Source: Okamejei kenojei (Eukaryota). Taken from it: DNA of 64,000 nucleotides. How positions within the stretch are numbered: position 1 is the first letter of the stretch; every line of letters starts with the position of its first letter. The DNA lies in the NCBI GenBank assembly GCA_035221665.1, contig CM069164.1, positions 12,152,001 through 12,216,000 on the forward strand. Direction: 5' to 3'. Below the pieces are notes generated by a model that was not told the origin of the DNA, ran no database searches, and worked only from the letters and a program-made list of their open reading frames with translations. The translations under genes were made by a program, and so were the position numbers. Below are positions 24,598 to 37,970 of the stretch, piece after piece.

Positions 24598-27500
24598 TCG
24601 GCCCCTATCTCTTTGTGTTGCCACATTCAGAGAGCTGTGGATTTGCAACCCAAGATCCCTCTGTGCATCAGTACTCTAAAGGGTCTTGCTATTTATTGTA
24701 CTTTTATCTTACATTTGTCCTCACGCTTGTCTGTATTAAACTCCATCTGCCATTTCTACATCCAATTTCCAAATTATGTATATTCTGCTGTTTCTTTTGA
24801 CAACCTTCCTCACTCTTCACAATTCTACCAATGGGGATTTACCTTTTCCCTAACTATCCTTTTGCTCTTAATTTAAGTAAGACGTTTCTCAAGATTCTCT
24901 ATGAAATGATATTGGCATTAAAACTATTTCAGCCTTAGATATATATTAACAACCATGGCCTTGAGAAGGATTCCAAAGATTGCAAGTTAAAAAAAGTTGC
25001 CAACAGCAAGGTAGATATTAGCAGCTTTCAGGAGGACATGGACAAGAATGGTAAAACATGACTGATAAAAAATAATTAAGGTAAGTGAGAATTAGTAAGG
25101 GAAAATAAACTATATGGTGCCTTTCTAAAGAAATGCAGAAACAAAGAACTAGGAGTGCATGTCCGCAAAGCTCTGAGGGCGATGTTTAATGGAAAAGTAG
25201 TATTTTGATCACGTAATTAAGGAAAAATAATTTCCAGTGATTAGGTTGATATTCACAACACTATCGAGTAAAACCATTTTCATATGAATTGCCATGATCT
25301 GGAATTGTGATACTGTGAATGAGACAAATATAATGGCAACTGAAAAAAAGATGTAATTTTGGAATGAGGATTTTCTGGCAACCATCACTTATTTCTCATC
25401 CCTAAACTGAGTGACTTATTGCGCATTTCAGAAAGGAGTCAAAGTCAGCATTGCAGCAAGTTAGCAAGAGGGCTAGACTGTGTAAGGATGATAGATTTCC
25501 TTCATTAAAGATCCAGAAAATATCTTGTTTTAATCCAGTTGTCATATCAGAGTTTATTTTCAGATTTACTAAACTGAATTTAAATTTGTTGCACGATTTG
25601 AATTATTAATTCAGGCCACTGGATTAAGAGCACAATGCTGCTGACCTCTTAGAAAGGAGTTCACTGGCTAACAAAACAATACAAATATGGCCTCATAAAA
25701 GCTGTACTACATTTTATCACCTCCTTATTTAAGAGCGCCATCCTTTCCCATAAATCCCAATGTTTTATTTACTTTTAAATACTGCAACACAAGTTCTAAT
25801 GGCCTATTTATTGATCAAAATCTTCCAGTATCTCTCTTGCTTTTTTCAGAGGTCAAGCACATTAGCATTTCATCAACAATCCCAGTTCCTCTGCTGAATA
25901 TCAGAACTATTCAGCTTCCCACACTGAACTCCATCTGTCATTACCCCCTTCTTCCAGCACCCATCCCAGCACTTTTCCTTGTGCCCCATCGGGTCACACC
26001 TATTTCTCCCCTCTCCCATCCACATTCCTTCCTCTGACTTCATAATTTGCAACTCTTGAATCCTTTTGTTTCACCCGTTTTTTTATCTGACAATCTATTT
26101 TGTAAACCAGCATCTACAGTTCCTTGTTTCTCCATCTGCCATCACTCTGTCCAAAACCTTTCCAATTAGGTCTGCTTGGATTATTGCTAACAGATTTTTG
26201 GCCACATCACTCAACTTGTGACTAATATTTTGCATAAAGCTATATGTGTTTTAAGGTATATCCAGATTTGCACATGTAACTGTCCATGATTTTGTGCCCC
26301 AATTTCATTACACATTTGGGATATCTTGGAATATCCAAAGAACACAGACTCATTGAAGATTAGTTTAGTTTATTGCAAAATAATTGCAGATTTCTTTAAA
26401 GAATTCAAGATGGATAGACTTCTGGTCAATATTAATTCAAGAGGTATAAACTGAAACTTAAGTGATATAAAGGAAATCAAAACTGCATTATTTTTATTAA
26501 TTTCTAATCATTGCTATTGACTGAAGACTGCTATAATATTTCAGTAGAATTACAGTATTGCAGAACTCGCAGGCCAACATTATGGGGTTTTGTTCTAAAA
26601 TCTAAGGCAGGCATTCTTCATAATATAGAAAAGATACCAAATGGCTATACCTGCTAATACCTCAAAATTTAAACTGTAGTACATGCAGTAGTGAATGGCT
26701 CGGCTGAATTATTTCAATATAATAGAAACAATAGGCTATTTAATATAACACTAAAATTACAATATATCCAAAACATAAACCAAAATTTACATCAAAAAGC
26801 ATATTCAGCCTGAATAATACAGCATTGTTTCAAGTTTGAGCACATATGTGGAAATTATAATTTGTTAATAAGGGCTTGCCTTAGGTTCATAAACAGGCAC
26901 TTACCATTAATTAGTATTTTAAATAAATGCTTCCTTTAATGTGATTTATGAAGGCAAGAAACGTGCTAAAAACAGCCACGGAAGGTGAACTTCTGGCTAT
27001 TATTTGCCTCAGAACTGTAATCAATCTATTAGCCTGACGTACTGTAATTGCCTGATTTAATTTCAGAAGAATATGAATTTCAGTACCAGTGGACATAAAT
27101 GTGCAAAACAAAATTAAATGGAGTAACTCAATAGAATAAATAACACTGAATTGCAGTTATACTTAGCTCTTTATCGAATCCTATTCGGGCATCTAAACTA
27201 ATGTTTTGTCAGTTGAATGGAACAGTATCACAGAATGACCATGTGCAATATACAGCGCAAGTATGCACTAGCAACCAGTGAAGTGAAGTAACTGAAAGGT
27301 TCAATGCCTAACAATAAATTGAAACCTTAGAAACAAGTAAACTTGAGATACTCCTGAGATACCTGACATTTAAGCCGATCAGTTCCTGTGAAGGCTTTAA
27401 ATGATTGGCGGACATTACTAATAATGCAAAATCCATAATCCCAAAATTTGTTTATTTTCCCTTAAGATTAACACTATACATTGACTGTAACCTGCATTGC

Positions 27501-28294
27501 AAATGCAAGCAAATATTTTTTCAGACCAAATTAAGAAAATAATCCTCTCTGCTTCGAAACTAAACAATACTGTTTGCAAACATGTTTGACGCCAGTTTTT
27601 GTATCTGGGCTGTCACCAAGATTGTTTATTTACATTTCCATGCAAACTGTCTCAGTTCATTTGCTGCTGACACCACAATCATCCATGCCTTTGTTACCTT
27701 TAGTCATCCAATTCCAAAATACTAATTTCCACAATTATATGATCATTCAAAACTCTGTTGCCCGACTTACACCAAATCTTGATGCCATGCTTGTTGCTGA
27801 CTTTGCATGCATTGATTCCAAAATTTTGATTTTCAAATTCTTTTATGGTCTTACACCTCCATCACTCAAACGATCTCCAACAAAATATTTGCATTCGTCC
27901 TATTCTGGCCCCTTGTTCTTGTGTGATTATAATTGTTCTATTATTGGTACCTGCGATTCAGTTACCAGTAATAGCGATCAAATCAAACTCTGAAATTACA
28001 CCTACAAACCTCTTTTTCCATCAGGAAGATATAGCTTTGACCAAGGTTTTGGTAATCTTCCTCAAGCTTCAATTTATTGTTCAATATTGATTCTGCAGAC
28101 CTATTTGGGACTTTGTTAAGCCAAAAGGTATGCAAAAAGAAAAGAAAAACAACAGATCTGTATTCATAAAGCATCTTACCACATTTCACAAGGAATCCCA
28201 AAATAACAAAGCTTCTGAATGCTACACTGCAAGAATTCTGAATTTTTAGTGTGTCCAGATTCCCATTCTTGGATTGGAATCAGAAATCAAGATT

Positions 28295-28500
28295 CTAGAG
28301 TAACAATCAATCTACTGAAGGAACTCATTGGATTGAGCAGCATCTGTGGGTAAAAAGGAATGGTCCATCAGGACCTGATGTTTGATCTCAACACAAAAAC
28401 ATTTAGCATTCCTTTCTAATCACAGATGCTGCTCAAACTGTTGAATTCCTGCAACAGATTGTTTGTTCTAGATTCCAGCATCCACAGTATCCTGTGTCTC
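28295..28500. repeat. Older Penelope-derived inverted repeat
   Basis: ttgagcagcatctgtg ... cacagatgctgctcaa arms, with the family 3' end ccagcatccacagt. Confidence 0.6.
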
Positions 28501-28876
28501 CAAAAGATTGTGATTTTGTCCACAGCTTAAGTGCAGAGAAAAATTAACAATTTTCTATATTATTCACTCTACCTACTGGAGGTGGATCAAAATCAGAGAA
28601 CTAACCTGGGCTGAGATCAGACACTTCCTGGTAGGCTGGGAACTTTCGCATTCTCCCTAGAAGACTTTGTCATGTAAGAGGGAACAGTTCTACAATACAC
28701 TCTAGCTCCCTGTGATTTACCCAAGTAAATCATGTCTATTTACAGCCTCCATCCTTGCTGTCCTCAAGCCAAGATTCTAATTTTGCAATTTAAAGACAGA
28801 ATGGAAAAATGAGCCAATAAAGAGAGTAGAACATTCTTGTTCTTAGATGTACCAGATAAACAGATGTTTCACTAAC

Positions 28877-28948
28877 CTCCATAAAAGATATTCCAAAACT
28901 CCACACATCTGAATGTATTCCGTACTGTTCTCCCGCTATCCTTTCTGG
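28877..28948 (-). CDS. MAP2K5: MAP2K5 coding exon (~exon 16), PERIAGEQYGIHSDVWSFGISFME
   Basis: 72 nt, CAG acceptor, GTTAGT donor; APE and DVWS motifs. Confidence 0.97.
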
Positions 28949-30424
28949 CTGTAAACAAATATAAGAGCTGTTTAAGGGCTACATGTCTGAATCATGATCA
29001 AAAAACCCAACTGCATTGATTTCATTTTATGTATTTTCATTTCACTTAAATATATAAATCCTCCTATTTAATAAATTAAACATTACCACCTATATTGCGT
29101 TTGCTTCATGAGAAGAAGCAAAGGGACTGCACACTTGCAGCCTTCACCAAAGCTGTTCTAATGCCAAGCTCTACGAGGCAGACGAAAGAATCCATTTGAT
29201 TTTTACTCTGACTCTCAGGAGGAACCACAAATCTGTGTCCCATTATGGTGCAGATGCAGCAATGTTAAAGCTTTAATGAGGAATTTACACATCATTTACA
29301 TCATTCAGTTAATACCGCCACTTTAAATTCTTAAATGTAGTTTATCTATGAAAGTAAATATGGAACTTTAAATATAATATAAATTTTGCTAGTAGAGATC
29401 TTAAAAGTAGTGAATTACAACGGGTTCCAACTACTTTTTCAAAATTGCTGTAATAATTAGCATGTTACTAGAGGTGGACTGATGACAGTATTAATCATCA
29501 GTTTGTGATATGATCAGTGGTTCATTAATGGTTTGTCTGGTCTGCTGGAATCTAACTTGCTGTAAAGGAAAAATATTTGAAACAGCCACAGAAGACTCTC
29601 AGTTTTCTAGGTGATGATCCAAAATCAAACATCAGTTTCAAGCATTGGCAAAGAATAGGTTGAAATGCAAAGTTTTATTTTTTTCTTTCTATATAAAGCA
29701 GATCGTTTTTAATTGCATCAAGGAAATAAAAGCATTCCTATGCCTTTTCAAGCACTAATCTGGCCACTGAATGTTTATTGTTTTATAAGAAATGTATCAG
29801 AAACATCCAAGTAATAGAATAGAATGCCTCGGCAATGATAAAAAAAAATCAAATTAAATCTGCTGTTTTACAAGAAGGATGAGAAAATATGCAACCAGTT
29901 GTAATTATAGATTCTCCCACTACAGAGTACGTTCAAAACCTAATTTACATTAACCTTCAGGTTATATGATTAAATAAAGCAGTTTTTCCCATTCAATTAC
30001 ACAGCGATAATTGGCTATAATCAACAGTAATGAAGGGCAAAAGGGTAACCCAATAAATGCAAAACTACATTTTAAGTTCTTTGGAAGTATAAAAAAAAAC
30101 TCAGCAATCAATTGTTAAATGGAAGAGTTAGGGGTTCTAACATCTTCAATTATCCTTCAATTTTCTTGTGCATAACATATGTATGAGGAAAGGCTGCAAT
30201 TCTATCGGTAATCAGTGCTGTGATAAGGGATTTTCCACTCCCAACCTGAATTTGGCCGATTCTATTCTCCCTCAATCCCTTAATTTTGAATCAGATCACA
30301 GTTCACCTGCTTGATTTTAGGATTTAGATTAGGAAGTGCTTATATACACAATATTATTATCTATGGAGTTGTTACAGATGGAAATAAGAAAAACATTAAA
30401 TGTGAATGAGCTTAAAAGTCGGAG

Positions 30425-30975
30425 AGCCATTCAGCATGGAAACAGGTTCTTCGGCCCAACCGGACTGTGCTGGCCATCAAGCCAATAACACAGGTAGACA
30501 AAAATGCTGGAGAAACTCAGCGGGTGAGGCTGCATCTATGGAGCGAAGGAAATAGGCAATGTTTCGGGTCGAGACCCATCAGACTGATGTGAGGGTGGGG
30601 GAAGGGGCGCGAAGAAGAAAGGAAGAGGCGGAGACAGTGGGCTGAGGGAGAACTAGGAAGGGGAGGAGAAAGCTGGGACTACCTTAAATTAGAGAAGTCA
30701 ATGTTCATACCGCTGGGGTGGAAACTGCCCAAGCGAAATATGAGGTGCTGCTACTCCAATTTGCGATGGGCCTCACTCTGGCCATGGCGGATTCGGAATG
30801 GGAAGTCATATATAACGCTGATCCAATAGTTCTACCATTGTTATTCTCCCCGCATTCCTATTAACCTACCAAAGCTCACATCTTTGGGAAGTGAGAAATT
30901 ACCACAGCACCTAGGGGAAACCCACGTGGTCAAAGGGAGAATGTGCAAAGAAAACCAGAGATCTGCATTGGAATT
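30425..30975 (-). mobile_element. V-SINE interrupted by a Penelope-like fragment
   Basis: SINE tail at 30425-30490 and V-core at 30810-30975 flank the insert. Confidence 0.65.
30490..30806 (-). mobile_element. Penelope-like element 3' fragment (GIY-YIG C-terminus plus pLTR)
   Basis: Minus strand encodes HGQSEAHRKLE*QHLIFRLGSFHPSGMNIDFSNLR* (E..I..L....P.G.N motif of PLE endonucleases). It is followed by a pyrimidine-rich tract and the ggtctcgacccgaaac hairpin motif. Confidence 0.8.
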
Positions 30976-31189
30976 AACATTCTACTAACTATATAGAAAA
31001 AGGTTTATGATAAATCTGTTTATTATATAGCAGGACACCAATAAAAATACAGAGAGTACAGGGGAGAATTGAAAACTAAAATACGGTCATAGAGAATAGA
31101 TCATACAGCCAATCTTTTCTAAACATATGAATATGAAAAGGAGAGTCCAAAACAGAATTGTAATTGCAGTCACCTGTATCTATATCCAC

Positions 31190-31910
31190 CCCGTGTTCCT
31201 TTGCTTTACCCGCCAGGCCGCTCGCATTAATAAGTGCAATTTAAATTAAGTCCTTCCTCACTCCTGCCATGCTCATGCCTATTTTATCCACTGAACTATC
31301 TTTCACCACCATCCACACTGACTTCCAGCCTCTGCTCTGCATAGGTTCCTGTCCCCCTGCCAATCTCGTTTGAAACCACCTGTTTAGCATCAGCGAAGTT
31401 GCCTGCTAGGGCACTGGTTCACCTCCTGTTCAGATGCAATCCATACCACTTATGCAGGTCACCTCTGCCCCAGAAGAGATCCCAATTTTCCAGAAATTGG
31501 AATCCCTGCCCCCTGCACCAACTTCTCAGCCACACATTCATTTTTCCTATCTTCCAGTTCGGACCCTCACTAGCATGTGGCACTGGAAGTAATCTAGAGA
31601 GCAATACTTTGGAGGTCCTGCTTGTTAACCTTTTATCTAACTCACTATACTCATTTCGCAGTACCTTATTCCTTTTCCTTCCCAGCCTCGCCCTTGAAAA
31701 TGCAAATGCAGTTGCTCCGAGACATCCAGGACCTTGGGATGCAACACGCCATCCTGGAGTTTCGACTACTGCCGCCTATTCTCTCCTAACTAAAGAGTCA
31801 ACCAATCACTATGGCTCTGAATGACATTATCCTTCCCTGCTGTGTCTCAGAGCGAGGCTCAGTGCCACAGCCATGTCGCTCAACCCCGATGTGTCATTCG
31901 CCTCCCCCAC
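31190..31910 (-). mobile_element. CR1 LINE ORF1 (SGNH esterase-like) fragment
   Basis: SRLLPVPHASEGPNWKIGKMNVWLRSWCRGQGFQFLENWDLFWGRGDLHKWYGLHLNRR resembles the CR1 ORF1 esterase C-terminus (GLHL motif). Confidence 0.78.
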
Positions 31911-31939
31911 AGCATGCAACTTCCTTATTTAAATAAGGG

Positions 31940-32490
31940 TCATATATGTTTCGGAGAGATTTCACAAAGGTTCACTGGGCTGATTCCTGGGATGAAGAGG
32001 TTACCTTCTGAGGAAAGCTTGAACAGGCAAGACGAATAAAGACTTATTCAAGTTCTAATAACAATAAATCTTGTTCAAATATTTTTAGAAGGCCTGAGAG
32101 GATAGGTACTAAGGAAATGCATTAGCCTCCAATGCACATTTAAATAAGGGGCCTGGGTGCTGGGGGGGGGGGGGGGGGGGGGGACGACGACGACACACGA
32201 CACATTACAGTTGAACAATTGTACCAGTAAGGTAATGCTTATCCTTGAGGCAGAATGCAGATCCAGTTTCAGAAGAGAACGCCCATTAATGACTGAGATG
32301 AGAGAATTGTTCTCTCAGAGAGTCATAGAGTTTTGGAATCCTCCACATCAGAGAGCCATGGAGGCTGAATCATACTGAAGAATTAGACAGACAGATTTTT
32401 GGTTTGCTGGGTAATGGTAAGCAGATAAGAAATTGAAGGCAAGGTTGAGACCAGATCAACTGTGATCTTAATGGATCTTAATGGATGGCA
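31940..32490 (+). mobile_element. CR1-type LINE ORF2 3' fragment
   Basis: QRFTGLIPGMKRLPSEESL and ELFSQRVIEFWN motifs. Confidence 0.72.
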
Positions 32491-34992
32491 GAGCTGGCGC
32501 TTTTTTAATTCTGACATTTTGTACAATGATTCAAGATGTCTTACCATCATCTTCAATTGGGAATGGGCAATAACTGCCAGACATTCCACTTGCGCCCACA
32601 CTCTGAGATTATGAATACAATTCATTGAATTACTTTATCCGTTACAGGTTACATTGGGGTACACATCAGTACCATTCATTTATTTGAAAACAGTATCAGC
32701 TATCAAGGTCCTGTTCTAGAATTAAAAAAAAAAATCATTTTCAAAATCTGAATGCTAGAACCACTGTCACCAGCCATCTCTTGACCTGCCCAAGTATTGC
32801 AGAGATTACCCCGTGACCACCTGCAGTCTTTCTGTTCTTTTTGGGGATACATCTGTATTAGTGGCCTCCTTCCCAAATAATAAATGAGGTTGGAAATATG
32901 TCCTTCATCGAATTACAAGTACACGATTCATATCTCCTCTAGTGAAGGGTACAGCATGGCGCCTAAATCATGGTGACTCTTGAGTACTGGCTCAGTGTGG
33001 TCAACTATCTTACACTCTTATACTTAATATGATTGTGCCTATTGTATAGTGGGATTGAAATTGCATGCAAAAAAATAATTTCAATGTACATAGGTACACA
33101 TGCCAATAAATTACCATTGAACCACTTTTGCAGACATTTAACAGAGCTTATTCTCAAACTTAATTTTGCCCATATTTATAATGTAAATAAGTTTGTATCA
33201 GTATAATCTTTGGGATAATATACATTTTAAATAACGTGCACTTTTGCATGATGTAAAGGCTTCGATGTCAGTTCAAAATCAAGCAAGCACCACTTTTGGG
33301 GTCTACGATGACTATAAATAAGACTATATGTAAGCCTTATTACTGTGTACGTAGTACAGGTCAACTACGTACACAGATTTACAGATTTCAATATAAGTAA
33401 ATGTTGTCTCTAATTAAAATATAATTTATGTGTTTTTGGGTGTGAAAATATAAATATAAACATTGGTTGAACTTGTTTGATACAACACTGTCTGACAAAT
33501 TACAAAGAAAAGCAGGGTAATTTGATTAATGGGCAAAGGCATCTTTAAGCTGGATTTTCATGAGCTATTCTTCACTCAAAGCAGAAAATAAATTCCATCC
33601 AATTAAGACACTGTTGCAAAAGCCATTGTACAAAAAGAGACTTATGTGTTTGAAGTAAGCTTTACAGACTTGCCCAGCTGTGCTTTTTTCCTTTAATAAA
33701 CAATATTAGGATTAGATTGTGAGAAAGACTATATTAGTACTTGCAGAAATGGGCAGGACAGAAAAATATCACTTGATAAACATGCCAGTGCGCAACACCT
33801 CCTTCTTGTCTAATTAAACTTACTAAAAGATTGTCCCCATCTAAATAATAAATTAATATTGGGTGTTGGTTGCTCTATCATTTCAATGCTGTAACATGAT
33901 TCTCTATATTGAGCTGAAAAATAGCTTTGTTTTGTTGTAGATAGAGAGTTTTTTCTTGAACACCATCTTTTTCCACAGATTGCTAGCTGAATACAATTTG
34001 TTTTTCATTTTAAATGTCCTCTCCACCCATGAAGTTAACTCACTCCCAATTATCCAATATTTATCTCGACGCCCACAGCTAGTTAATTGTGGGGAGATGT
34101 GACAATTGTGGTTCAAAATATACCCTCCAAATAGACAGTGGTTACTGGCTAGCCATCAGGATTAGAGAGATATAACTGATTTTTCATTCTGTATATAAGG
34201 GTCAATTGTTGTACCCCTGCTGAGAGGTCAATACAGCCTGGAGACCGAATATTGAAATCTTCCTGTAAATAAAGATCTTTGGCACCAGATAAACGCGCTG
34301 AGCCATGGGAAAGAGCCTGAGATGCTCAGAAAAAAGAAACCGTTAAATCACATGGTTCTTAATATGCTCTAAGCAGTCTGTCTGTGTTTCCCACAATAAA
34401 CTGCACACTGCGTGTTTAGCATCAAGGATGCAGAACATTGTGGGTAAAGGAAGAGACAGAAAATTAATTAATTGAAAACACACGTTAAAGAACTGGGTTA
34501 AATACACAGTCTCATAAGCTTTGAAAAACAAAGTTTATTTCAAGATATGCCAGCCCATCCTTGTTCAAAGACTCCTGCAGCCTTCATGAATATATATTGG
34601 TATATTATTTTTCATTTTGATTTATGGAGGTATACTATTCAGATTTATTTAGAAATTTAACATTCCAAAAATTAGCTCATAATGTATGCATATATGTCAT
34701 CAAAAGTTGATACAATTATTTTCTAGTATATAAAAGGGCAACAAAGTAATTTACAAGACTTCAGAAATTTGACCCGTCTGGCCATTTTGTGGCCTGATGC
34801 TGTAATTACACTACAATAGCTGGAAAAGGAAAATTAAGTGGTAAGTGTTGACGCAAAAACTTGGATTCATAAAGGTTATATAGAATGGAAACATTCCAAC
34901 TCATCCATGCCGACCAAGTTGCCTACCTGAGCTAAAATTATCGGGCATTTGCGAGTTTTTGGGAATTATTGTACCTGTCTCAATGCCTTTTA

Positions 34993-35836
34993 TGGTGCCA
35001 GCACAATAACCATTGTCAGCACAATAACCATTGTGCCAATGGTGTCAGCACAATAACCTGGCCCTCAACACCAGCAAAACCAAGGAACTGATTGTGGACT
35101 TTGGAAGGAGTAGGATGGGGACCCACAGCCCCGTTTATATCAACGGTTGAAAGGGTCACGAGCTTCAAATTCCTGGGCGTGCACATCTCCAAAGATCTTT
35201 CCTGGTCCGAGAACAATGATGCAATTATCAAGAAAGCACATCAGCGCCTCTACTTCCTGAGATTACCGGAGAGTCGGTTTGTCAAGGAGGACTCTCTCTA
35301 ACTTCTACAGGTGCACAGTAGAGAGCATGCTGACCGGTTGCATCGTGGCTTGGTTCGGCAACTTGAGCGCCCTGGAGAGGAAAAGACTACCAAAAGTAGT
35401 AAACACTGCCCAGTCTATCATCGGCTCTGACCTTCCTTCCATCGAGGGATTCTATCGCAGTCGCTGCCTCAAAAAGGCTGGCAGTATCATCAAAGTGTGT
35501 GGCCCGCACCATCCTGGCATCACACTCATTTCCCTGCTACCTTCAGGTAGAAGGTACAGAAGCCTGAAGACTGCAATGACGAGGTTCAGGAATAACTACT
35601 TCCCCACAGCCATCAGGCTATTAAATTTAGTTCGGACAAAGCTCTGAACATTAATAGCCCATTATCTGTTATTTGCACTTTATCAGTTTATTTATTCATG
35701 TGTGTATATATTTATATAATGGTATATGGACACGCTGATCTGTATTCATGCCTACTATGTTCTGTTGTGCTGAAGCAAAGCAAGAATTTCATTGTCCTAT
35801 CAGGGACGAATGACAATAAATTCACTTGAACTTGAA
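34993..35836 (+). mobile_element. Rex1/Babar-type LINE, 5'-truncated
   Basis: HNNLALNTSKTKELIVDF, FKFLGVHISKDLSWS, KKAHQRLYFLR and FYRCTVESMLTGCI ... LLPSGRRYRS ... YFPTAIRLLN. AATAAA plus (cttgaa)n tail; ctttta direct repeat on both flanks. Confidence 0.88.
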
Positions 35837-36874
35837 CTTTTAAATGTAGCCTCACCCATTCTTTTCCACCCACAAAACAAAATTATAATTAAAGATTAGA
35901 AAATAACATTTTTAAAGGGATCTGAGAGGCAACTTTTTCACACACAAGATAGGGGCATAAGAAGGAGCCACCTCTGGCATTCCGCATACGCACTATCCTC
36001 TGAAAAAGTTGCCCCTCAGGTCCCCTTTAAAATATTACCCTCTCAATTTTAATTATGATTTAGTTTTAAGGGTGTAAAACATAATAACTCTGTAAAAATA
36101 AGCAAACTTACAATACATTGGTAAATGATATGTACGTACAAAAAATTATGATAACAGATAGAATTTGCGGATGTGTATATACACACTATACAAAACATTT
36201 AATAAGAGAAAGAGAACTGGTAATAACAGTATGGTTTTGATTTGAATATATGGGAATAAGACACATTTCAAAACAGCACGGTTGTCTCTTTCCAACACCA
36301 TAAATAAGAATGAAACATCTGGGTGCCCAATCTGTAGGTTGAAGCAAGACAGACATCTGCGGGAGCAAACACGATTCCTACTCAGTCTGAACAAGGATGG
36401 AGGCTGAGGATGTATAGTCTTGTAAAATAATGATTTATTTGTTATTAATCTCTATTGTATTCCTTTCCTGGGTCACTGGCTTGCAAATTTAAAAGTGTTA
36501 CAAGTGCACAAGGAAGCTGACAAATTTGCAGATAAAAAAACAGATTTCATCAGCGACTGCATTATCTTCAATGTTGAGCAATGAAAGCTGTAGAATCGAG
36601 AAAAATACACAACCTGTATTTTTAAAATCTGGATGCCCACACAGCATGTCTCTGCAAATTAGTTATGTATTTAGCACAGGCTGATTGCATTCTTTCCCGC
36701 ACTTATATATAACTATTAAATTTCACTTGTAAAAGTAGCATACAGAGTTAGAAAATAAATTGAAACAATGTATTCTGTGATTGCCTTAAGAAATACAATA
36801 CTGTCCAATTTATACAGGCATTATTGGGAAAGGCTTTGTTCTGTAACACTTGTAACATCAGTGGATTTACTCAC

Positions 36875-36925
36875 CGCCATATATGCATTTGTTCCCACGT
36901 ATGTTTTTGCTATCGAATTCACCAG
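36875..36925 (-). CDS. MAP2K5: MAP2K5 coding exon (~exon 15), LVNSIAKTYVGTNAYMA
   Basis: 51 nt, CAG acceptor, GTGAGT donor; activation-loop S-x-x-x-T. Confidence 0.97.
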
Positions 36926-37884
36926 CTGCAAGAGAAAAGTGACATGTAGTTATGGTCTAGATAGGAATTATCAATGATGAATATATGCATCCCTATGTCA
37001 AGTCTGAAATAGGGATATGATGAATAAAAGGTGACAGGCTCAGCCACATATACAGGATACAAACTCCTTGCTCACGCTTGATCTGATCCCACAGAATCTC
37101 ATGGGGTCCAGAGTTGACGTGAGGACATTCCACGCCCATTCTCTCCTGATCAGATCTCATTAGGCTCCCACCCCTAACAAACCTGCTCATACCCACGCTT
37201 GTGATGGAAGAGCTGCATCATTGAAAAGGTATGGTATAATAAATAAGACAATAGTCAAGGCTGTTGTTCTGTCCTTGTGAGATTGCTCTCCCAATTTTGG
37301 CACAAATCCCGGTGAATCAACCAGTTTTATGTCCCCTTGTCTGCTTTCATTTTCTAATTTTTGTGTTTTGATACAATTGAGTGTCTCGCAGCCATTTCAG
37401 AGAAAAGTCAAGAACCTAATTTGATGTTGAGTCACTGGCAGGATAGACTGGGCAAGGTCAACACATTTCATTCCCTAAAGGACATCTGAAAACCACATGA
37501 GTTTTTATGCCAATCTACCTAATCCTTCTATGGTCACCATCACCAATACAAGCCTTTTATTTAAGATTTAGTTAATTAAATGAACTTAAGTTTGTCAGCA
37601 GCCATGCTGAGATGCAAACTCAAATTTCTAGGTCATTACTCCATACTTATGGATCACAACTACAGTAACATCATAACCATACATTGTAACCTTACTCTTG
37701 TAAGCCACTGCGCTTTAAACTTGTCTTAAACAGAAAATGATGTTGGGGCAGAGAGGAGAAGAGGTATCCAGGAACATGATGATATTTCAGCCAACTGTAA
37801 TAACTGCTTAACCATTGAGGTTTGTGGATTGGGAATAGCAGAACAAGAAGAAAAGGGCAAACTAACCTAAGCATACTAGAAACA

Positions 37885-37970
37885 ACACAAAATGCTGGAG
37901 TAATTCAGCGGGTCAGGCAACATCTCTGGAAATGCTGCCTGATCCACTGAGTTACTCCAGCAATGTGTGT
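37885..37970. repeat. Penelope-derived 86-nt hairpin
   Basis: 39-nt arms with 33/39 Watson-Crick matches and an 8-nt loop. Confidence 0.8.

Noticed and set aside
25501-25522. cattaaagatcc resembling the end of the GSLM exon
   Set aside because: Wrong order relative to exon 17, no GT donor, and it lies in repeat-like sequence
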